Virus record (IMG/VR): IMGVR_UViG_2660238446_000005
Location: 1-4,748 of that record
Length of the DNA stretch: 4,748 nucleotides
Reading direction: 5' to 3' (one strand)
From: a virus
Lineage: Duplodnaviria; Heunggongvirae; Uroviricota; Caudoviricetes
The position numbers and the translations under genes were made by a program. Positions 1-4,748 of the stretch are shown one piece after another. A model generated the notes under the pieces. The model was not told the origin of the DNA. It saw only the letters and a program-made list of their open reading frames with translations, and ran no database searches. Every line of letters starts with the position of its first letter. The first letter of the stretch is position 1.

Positions 1-29
1 CGGGCGGTTTTGTCGTTTATGGAGCGTGA
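1..29 (+). CDS. 3' end of upstream tail gene (position of lambda tail assembly protein I); partial, start lies outside window
   Basis: Frame starting at nt 3 is open to the window edge and reads GGFVVYGA before TGA at 27-29, 3 nt ahead of the J start codon. Assignment to I rests on lambda gene order only; 9 codons are too few to identify the protein. Confidence 0.4.
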
Positions 30-32
30 GGA

Positions 33-1160
33 ATGGGTAAAGGCAGCAGTAAGGGGCATACCCCGCGCGAAGCGAAGGACAACCTGAAATCCACGCAGTT
101 GCTGAGTGTGATTGATGCCATCAGCGAAGGGCCGGTTGACGGTCCGGTGGATGGATTAAAAAGCGTGCTGCTGAACGGTACGCCGGTCCTGGACAGCGAG
201 GGGAAGACAAACTTTTCCGGTGTTACGGTGGTGTTCCGTGCAGGTGAGCAGGAGCAGACACCGCCGGAGGGTTTTGAATCCTCCGGCTCCGAGACGGTGC
301 TGGGTACGGAAGTGAAATATGACACGCCGATCACCCGGACCATCACGTCGGCAAACATTGACCGTCTGCGCTTTACCTTCGGTGTGCAGGCACTGGTGGA
401 AACCACCTCAAAGGGTGACCGGAATCCGTCGGAAGTCCGCCTGCTGGTTCAGATACAGCGTAACGGTGGCTGGGTGACGGAAAAAGACATCACCATTAAG
501 GGCAAAACCACCTCGCAGTATCTGGCCTCGGTGGTGGTGGATAACCTGCCGCCGCGCCCGTTTAATATCCGGATGCGCAGGATGACACCGGACAGCACCA
601 CAGACCAGCTGCAGAACAAAACGCTCTGGTCGTCATACACCGAAATCATCGATGTGAAACAGTGCTACCCGAACACGGCGCTGGTCGGCGTGCAGGTGGA
701 TTCAGAGCAGTTCGGTAACCAGCAGGTGAGTCGCAATTATCATCTTCGCGGGCGCATTCTGCAGGTGCCGTCGAACTATAACCCGCAGACGCGGCAATAC
801 AGCGGTATCTGGGACGGAACGTTTAAGCCAGCATACAGCAACAACATGGCCTGGTGTCTGTGGGACATGCTCACTCATCCGCGCTACGGCATGGGGAAAC
901 GTCTTGGTGCGGCAGATGTGGATAAATGGGCGCTGTATGTCATCGGCCAGTACTGCGACCAGTCAGTGACGGACGGATTTGGCGGCACGGAGCCGCGCAT
1001 CACCTGTAACTCTTACCTGACCACACAGCGTAAGGCGTGGGATGTTCTCAGTGATTTCTGCTCGGCGATGCGCTGTATGTCATCGGCCAGTACTGTGACC
1101 AGTCGGTGCCGGACGGCTTTGGCAGCACGGAGCCGCGCATCACCTGTAATGCCTGGCTGA
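33..1160 (+). CDS. J: J N-terminal ORF fragment (375 aa); last 27 residues are out-of-frame read-through of the duplicated segment
   Basis: ORF in frame 0; J-like sequence up to ...[10 protein letters not shown] at 1070, then [26 protein letters not shown] and stop. This is the same locus as the pseudogene call, listed separately in case the two pieces are annotated as separate CDS. Confidence 0.5.
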   Translation: MGKGSSKGHTPREAKDNLKSTQLLSVIDAISEGPVDGPVDGLKSVLLNGTPVLDSEGKTNFSGVTVVFRAGEQEQTPPEGFESSGSETVLGTEVKYDTPITRTITSANIDRLRFTFGVQALVETTSKGDRNPSEVRLLVQIQRNGGWVTEKDITIKGKTTSQYLASVVVDNLPPRPFNIRMRRMTPDSTTDQLQNKTLWSSYTEIIDVKQCYPNTALVGVQVDSEQFGNQQVSRNYHLRGRILQVPSNYNPQTRQYSGIWDGTFKPAYSNNMAWCLWDMLTHPRYGMGKRLGAADVDKWALYVIGQYCDQSVTDGFGGTEPRITCNSYLTTQRKAWDVLSDFCSAMRCMSSASTVTSRCRTALAARSRASPVMPG

Positions 1161-1210
1161 CCACACAGCGCAAGGCGTGGGATGTGCTCAGTGATTTCTG
1201 CTCGGCGATG
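931..1210 (+). repeat. Imperfect direct tandem duplication, 2 x 140 bp, internal to J
   Basis: Unit 1 (931..1070) and unit 2 (1071..1210) align without gaps with 12 mismatches (128/140 identical). The 9-mer cgctgtatg begins each unit and recurs at 1211. 140 is not a multiple of 3. Confidence 0.9.
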
Positions 1211-3652
1211 CGCTGTATGCCGGTATGGAACGGACAGATGCTGACGTTCGTGCAGGACCGACCGTCGGATAAGGTGTGGACCTATAACCGCAGTAATGTG
1301 GTGATGCCGGATGATGGTGCGCCGTTCCGCTACAGCTTCAGCGCCCTGAAGGACCGCCATAATGCCGTTGAGGTGAACTGGATTGACCCGGATAACGGCT
1401 GGGAGACGGCGACAGAGCTTGTGGAGGATACGCAGGCCATTGCCCGTTACGGTCGTAATGTCACGAAGATGGATGCCTTTGGCTGTACCAGCCGGGGGCA
1501 GGCACACCGCGCCGGGCTGTGGCTGATTAAAACGGAACTGCTGGAAACGCAGACCGTGGACTTCAGCGTGGGCGCAGAAGGGCTTCGCCATGTACCGGGT
1601 GATGTCATTGAAATCTGCGATGATGATTATGCCGGTATCAGCACCGGTGGTCGCGTACTGGCGGTGAACAGCCAGACCCGGACGCTGACGCTCGACCGTG
1701 AAATCACGCTGCCATCCTCCGGCACCACGCTGATAAGCCTGGTTGACGGGCAGGGGAATCCGGTCAGCGTGGAGGTCCAGTCCGTCACCGACGGCGTGAA
1801 GGTAAAAGTGAGCCGTGTTCCTGACGGTGTTGCTGAATACAGCGTGTGGGGGCTGAAGCTGCCGACGCTGCACCAGCGATTGTTCCGCTGCGTGAGTATC
1901 CGTGAGAACGACGACGGCACGTATGCCATCACCGCCGTGCAGCATGTGCCGGAAAAAGAGGCCATCGTGGATAACGGGGCACACTTTGACGGTGACCGGC
2001 GCGGCACGGTGAATGGTGTCACGCCGCCAGCGGTGCAGCACCTGACCGCCGAAGTCACCGCAGACAGTGGGGAATATCAGGTGCTGGCGCGATGGGACAC
2101 GCCGAAGGTGGTGAAGGGTGTGAGCTTCCTGCTTCGCCTGACCGTGGCAGCGGACGACGGCAGTGAGCGGCTGGTCAGCACAGCCAGGACGACGGAAACC
2201 ACATACCGCTTCAGGCAGCTGGCGCTGGGGAATTACAGTCTGACAGTCCGGGCGGTAAATGCCCGGGGGCAGCAGGGCGATCCGGCGTCGGTATCGTTCC
2301 GGATTGCGGCACCGGCAGCGCCTGTCACTATTGAACTGATACCGGGGTATTTTCAGATAACGGCGGTCCCGAAACTGGCTGTATATGACCCGACGGTGCA
2401 GTTTGAGTTCTGGTTTTCGGAAAAGCGGATTGCGGATATCAGGCAGGTTGAAACCACAGCACGCTATCTTGGCACGGCGCTGTACTGGATAGCCGCCAGT
2501 ATCAATATCAGGCCGGGCCATGATTATTATTTTTACGTTCGCAGTGTGAACACCGTTGGCAAATCGGCATTTGTGGAGGCCATCGGTCGGGCGAGCGATG
2601 ATGCAGAAGGTTATCTGAATTTTTATAAAGGGTTGATCAATAAAACGCATCTCGGCAAGGAGTTGTGGACGCAGATTGATAACGGTCAGCTTGCGCCGGA
2701 CCTGACTGAAATCAGGACGTCCATTACGAATGTCAGCAATGAAATCACGCAAACCGTCAATAAAAAACTGGAAAATCAGAGTGCTGCAATCCAGCAGATA
2801 CAGAAAGTTCAGGTTGATACAAATAATAACCTGAACAGCATGTGGGCTGTGAAGCTGCAACAGATGAAGGACGGACGCCTTTATATTGCGGGTATCGGTG
2901 CCGGTATTGAGAATACGCCAGCAGGAATGCAGAGTCAGGTGCTGCTGGCGGCAGACAGGATTGCGATGATTAATCCTGCGAATGGCAACACAAAGCCGAT
3001 GTTTGTTGGTCAGGGCGATCAGATATTCATGAACGACGTGTTCCTGAAATGCCTGACGGCTCCGACCATTACCAGCGGCGGTAATCCTCCGGCATTTTCC
3101 CTGACACCTGGCGGACGGCTGACGGCGAAAAATGCCGATATCAGCGGTAACGTGAACGCGAACTCCGGGACGCTCAACAACGTCACGATTAATAAGAACT
3201 GTCGGGTTCTGGGAAAATTGTCCGCGAACCAGATTGAAGGCGATCTCGTTAAAACAGTGGGCAAACCTTTCCCACGGGACTCCCGGGCACCGGAGAGGTG
3301 GCCATCAGGGACCATTACCGTCAGGGTTTATGACGATCAGCCGTTTGATCGGCAAATTGTTATTCCCGCGGTGGCGTTTCGCGGTGCTAAACATGAGCGG
3401 AAGAATAACAATATTTATTCGTCATGCCGCCTGATAGTGAAGAAAAACGGTGCTGAAATTTATAACCGAACGACCCTGGATAATACGCTGATATATACGG
3501 GTGTTATTGATATGCCTGCCGGTCACGGTCACATGACGCTGGAGTTTTCTGTATCGGCATGGCTGGTAAATGGCTGGTATCCCACAGCAAGTATCAGCGA
3601 TTTGCTGGTTGTGGTGATGAAGAAAGCCACTGCAGGCATCACGATTAGCTGA
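1106..3652 (+). CDS. J: J C-terminal ORF fragment (848 aa as called from GTG 1106); contains the putative receptor-binding C-terminal domain
   Basis: Frame 2 ORF. J-like sequence begins inside the second repeat unit (..[44 protein letters not shown]..). No Shine-Dalgarno sequence precedes GTG 1106, so independent translation is doubtful. Stop TGA at 3650-3652. Confidence 0.5.
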   Translation: MPDGFGSTEPRITCNAWLTTQRKAWDVLSDFCSAMRCMPVWNGQMLTFVQDRPSDKVWTYNRSNVVMPDDGAPFRYSFSALKDRHNAVEVNWIDPDNGWETATELVEDTQAIARYGRNVTKMDAFGCTSRGQAHRAGLWLIKTELLETQTVDFSVGAEGLRHVPGDVIEICDDDYAGISTGGRVLAVNSQTRTLTLDREITLPSSGTTLISLVDGQGNPVSVEVQSVTDGVKVKVSRVPDGVAEYSVWGLKLPTLHQRLFRCVSIRENDDGTYAITAVQHVPEKEAIVDNGAHFDGDRRGTVNGVTPPAVQHLTAEVTADSGEYQVLARWDTPKVVKGVSFLLRLTVAADDGSERLVSTARTTETTYRFRQLALGNYSLTVRAVNARGQQGDPASVSFRIAAPAAPVTIELIPGYFQITAVPKLAVYDPTVQFEFWFSEKRIADIRQVETTARYLGTALYWIAASINIRPGHDYYFYVRSVNTVGKSAFVEAIGRASDDAEGYLNFYKGLINKTHLGKELWTQIDNGQLAPDLTEIRTSITNVSNEITQTVNKKLENQSAAIQQIQKVQVDTNNNLNSMWAVKLQQMKDGRLYIAGIGAGIENTPAGMQSQVLLAADRIAMINPANGNTKPMFVGQGDQIFMNDVFLKCLTAPTITSGGNPPAFSLTPGGRLTAKNADISGNVNANSGTLNNVTINKNCRVLGKLSANQIEGDLVKTVGKPFPRDSRAPERWPSGTITVRVYDDQPFDRQIVIPAVAFRGAKHERKNNNIYSSCRLIVKKNGAEIYNRTTLDNTLIYTGVIDMPAGHGHMTLEFSVSAWLVNGWYPTASISDLLVVVMKKATAGITIS

Positions 3653-3670
3653 ATTTTATAACCCAGATAC

Positions 3671-3696
3671 GGGCACCAGAAATGGTGCCTTTTTTA
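3671..3696 (+). terminator. Rho-independent terminator downstream of J
   Basis: Perfect 7-bp stem ggcacca (3672-3678) / tggtgcc (3683-3689) with GNRA-type loop gaaa, followed by T-run tttttt (3690-3695). It lies 19 nt after the J stop. Confidence 0.7.
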
Positions 3697-3719
3697 TTGC
3701 AGAAAAGCGAGAGGTAATT

Positions 3720-4319
3720 ATGCGTAAAGTTTGTGCAGCCATTTTGTCCGCAGCCATTTGTCTGGCCGTATCCGGTGCGCCTGCATGGGCGTCTGAACAT
3801 CAGTCCACGCTGAGCGCCGGGTATCTTCAGACCCATACTGATATGCCAGGCAGCGATGACCTGAAGGGCATTAACGTGAAATACCGTTATGAGTTTACGG
3901 ATACGCTGGGGCTGATTACGTCATTCAGTTATGCCAACGCTGAAGATGAGCAAAAAACGCATTACAGCGATACCCGCTGGCATGAGGATTCCGTGCGTAA
4001 CCGCTGGTTCAGCGTGATGGCGGGGCCGTCTGTGCGCGTGAATGAATGGTTCAGCGCGTATGCGATGGCGGGTGTGGCTTACAGCCGTGTGTCGACTTTC
4101 TCCGGGGATTATCTTCGCGTAACTGACAACAAGGGGAAAACGCACGATGTGCTGACCGGAAGTGATGGCGGTCGCCACAGCAACACGTCTCTGGCGTGGG
4201 GAGCTGGCGTGCAGTTTAACCCGACCGAATCCGTGGCCATTGACCTTGCTTATGAAGGTTCCGGCAGTGGTGACTGGCGCACTGACGGTTTCATCGTGGG
4301 TGTCGGTTATAAATTCTGA
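3720..4319 (+). CDS. lom: Lom, Ail/Lom/OmpX-family outer-membrane beta-barrel protein (prophage lysogenic-conversion gene), 199 aa
   Basis: ATG at 3720 with GAGG at 3711-3714. N-terminal signal peptide MRKVCAAILSAAICLAVSGAPAWA with an AWA-SE cleavage-type site. Near-identical over long stretches to lambda Lom as I recall it (e.g. WHEDSVRNRWFSVMAGPSVRVNEWFSAYAMAGVAYSRV). C-terminus ends ...GVGYKF with a terminal Phe typical of outer-membrane beta-barrels. Same position as in lambda, between J and stf. Confidence 0.9.
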   Translation: MRKVCAAILSAAICLAVSGAPAWASEHQSTLSAGYLQTHTDMPGSDDLKGINVKYRYEFTDTLGLITSFSYANAEDEQKTHYSDTRWHEDSVRNRWFSVMAGPSVRVNEWFSAYAMAGVAYSRVSTFSGDYLRVTDNKGKTHDVLTGSDGGRHSNTSLAWGAGVQFNPTESVAIDLAYEGSGSGDWRTDGFIVGVGYKF

Positions 4320-4345
4320 TTAGCCAGGTAACACAGTGTTATGAC

Positions 4346-4372
4346 AGCCCGCCGGTTCAGGCGGGCTTTTTT
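4346..4372 (+). terminator. Rho-independent terminator downstream of lom
   Basis: GC-rich stem agcccgcc (4346-4353) / ggcgggct (4360-4367), loop ggttca, then T-run 4367-4372. It starts 27 nt after the lom stop. Confidence 0.75.
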
Positions 4373-4383
4373 GTGGGGTGAAT

Positions 4384-4710
4384 ATGGCAGTAAAGATTTC
4401 AGGTGTACTGAAAGATGGGGCGGGTAAACCTGTCGTAAATTGTGCGATTGAACTGCGGGCCAGAAGAACCAGTCCGACCGTTGTGGCACACGTTGTTGCC
4501 ACTTGCGTGACGGACAATAACGGTGCTTATGTGATTGAGGCTGAGCCGGGGTATTACGAGGTTGCGCTTCACTGTAACGGCTGGCAGCCAACCCGTGTCG
4601 GGGATATTGATGTGGCACCGACTGATGCACCGGGGACACTGAACGCGTTTCTGAATGCACCAAAGGATGGTGATTTACGTCCGGAGGTGATGAAGTGTCA
4701 GCGCCAGTGA
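4384..4710 (+). CDS. Side tail fiber (Stf)-like N-terminal domain protein, 108 aa; apparently truncated relative to lambda Stf
   Basis: ATG at 4384 preceded by gggg at 4375-4378 (an in-frame GTG at 4378 is an alternative start). The N-terminus MAVKISGVLKDGAGKPVVNCAIELRARR... resembles the lambda Stf N-terminus (MAVKISGVLKDG...), and similarity continues to about ...DGDLRPEV. TGA at 4708-4710 follows; the other two frames also hit stops within about 30 nt. Confidence 0.6.
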   Translation: MAVKISGVLKDGAGKPVVNCAIELRARRTSPTVVAHVVATCVTDNNGAYVIEAEPGYYEVALHCNGWQPTRVGDIDVAPTDAPGTLNAFLNAPKDGDLRPEVMKCQRQ

Positions 4711-4748
4711 TATAAGACGGTAATTCGCCATTTGGATTGTCCGCTCCA

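Larger units (their letters stand above)
33..3652 (+). pseudogene. J: Host specificity protein J (tail tip / central tail fiber), disrupted by a 140-bp tandem duplication causing a +2 frameshift
   Basis: ATG at 33 with GGAG at 21-24. The N-terminus [34 protein letters not shown] and most of the first two thirds match lambda gpJ as I recall it. Reading frame 0 (33..1160) stops at 1158-1160; the J homology continues in frame 2 (1106..3652). Deleting 1071..1210 gives one ORF of 1159 codons reading ...[12 protein letters not shown]... across the junction. Fibronectin-III-like stretches (e.g. [27 protein letters not shown]) lie in the middle. Confidence 0.8.

Noticed and set aside
129-155. Mini-repeat GPVDGPVDG (ccggttgacggt / ccggtggatgga) near the J N-terminus
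   Set aside because: A single in-frame tandem repeat of four codons inside a conserved protein; too short to be a meaningful repeat element or a slippage hotspot of note.
1071-1160. Possibility that the J frame change is a programmed -1 ribosomal frameshift
   Set aside because: A -1 shift would bring frame 0 into frame 2, but I find no slippery heptamer (X XXY YYZ) or downstream structure between 1071 and the stop at 1160. No such frameshift is known in J. The frame break coincides exactly with a 140-bp duplication, which explains it fully.
1627-2058. Second antisense ORF (143 aa, minus strand) inside J
   Set aside because: Same reasoning: embedded in J on the opposite strand, with a Ser/Thr/Pro/Cys-rich low-complexity product.
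1013-2860. Long antisense ORF (615 aa, minus strand) overlapping J
   Set aside because: It lies entirely inside the strongly supported J coding sequence on the opposite strand. Its product is Arg/Cys/His-rich and low-complexity, with no recognisable start context. Long antisense ORFs are expected by chance opposite GC-rich genes.
3019-3434. Small ORFs embedded in the J 3' region (3019..3315 minus, 3234..3434 plus)
   Set aside because: Both are fully nested in J in alternative frames, lack an RBS, and have biased low-complexity composition; judged spurious.
3600-3719. Candidate sigma70 promoter for lom (e.g. ttgctg at 3603-3608 and tataac at 3657-3662)
   Set aside because: The -35 and -10 candidates do not pair at a proper 16-18 bp spacing. 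The best -10-like hexamer lies upstream of the terminator hairpin, so it cannot be supported from sequence alone.
1-4748. Searched for CRISPR repeats, tRNA-like sequences, IS-element terminal inverted repeats, Chi sites (gctggtgg) and defence-system gene architecture
   Set aside because: None found. The only significant repeat is the 140-bp doublet in J; the near-Chi matches (actggtgg at ~392, gctggttg at ~3604) are imperfect; the coding content is fully explained by lambda-like tail genes plus lom.

Overview
This window reads as the late (tail-tip) region of a lambda-like siphovirus prophage, with all genes on the + strand in the lambda order I - J - lom - stf. I do not see a novel defence or other undescribed system here; the notable content is structural damage to known phage genes. 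Comparisons to phage lambda are from my memory of the lambda proteins, not from a search. (1) The last 9 codons of an upstream tail gene (position of lambda I) end at 29. (2) The host-specificity / tail-tip gene J (33..3652) is split into two ORFs (33..1160 and 1106..3652) by a 140-bp imperfect direct tandem duplication (931..1070 and 1071..1210, 128/140 identical), which shifts the frame by +2. (3) The 3' third of J is AT-richer and diverges from lambda J, consistent with a swapped receptor-binding module. (4) An intact lom (Ail/Lom-family outer-membrane protein, 3720..4319) sits between two clear rho-independent terminators. (5) A side-tail-fiber (Stf) N-terminal homolog starts at 4384 but stops after 108 codons at 4710, 38 bp before the window ends. 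Taken together this looks like a probably defective prophage that keeps an intact lysogenic-conversion gene.
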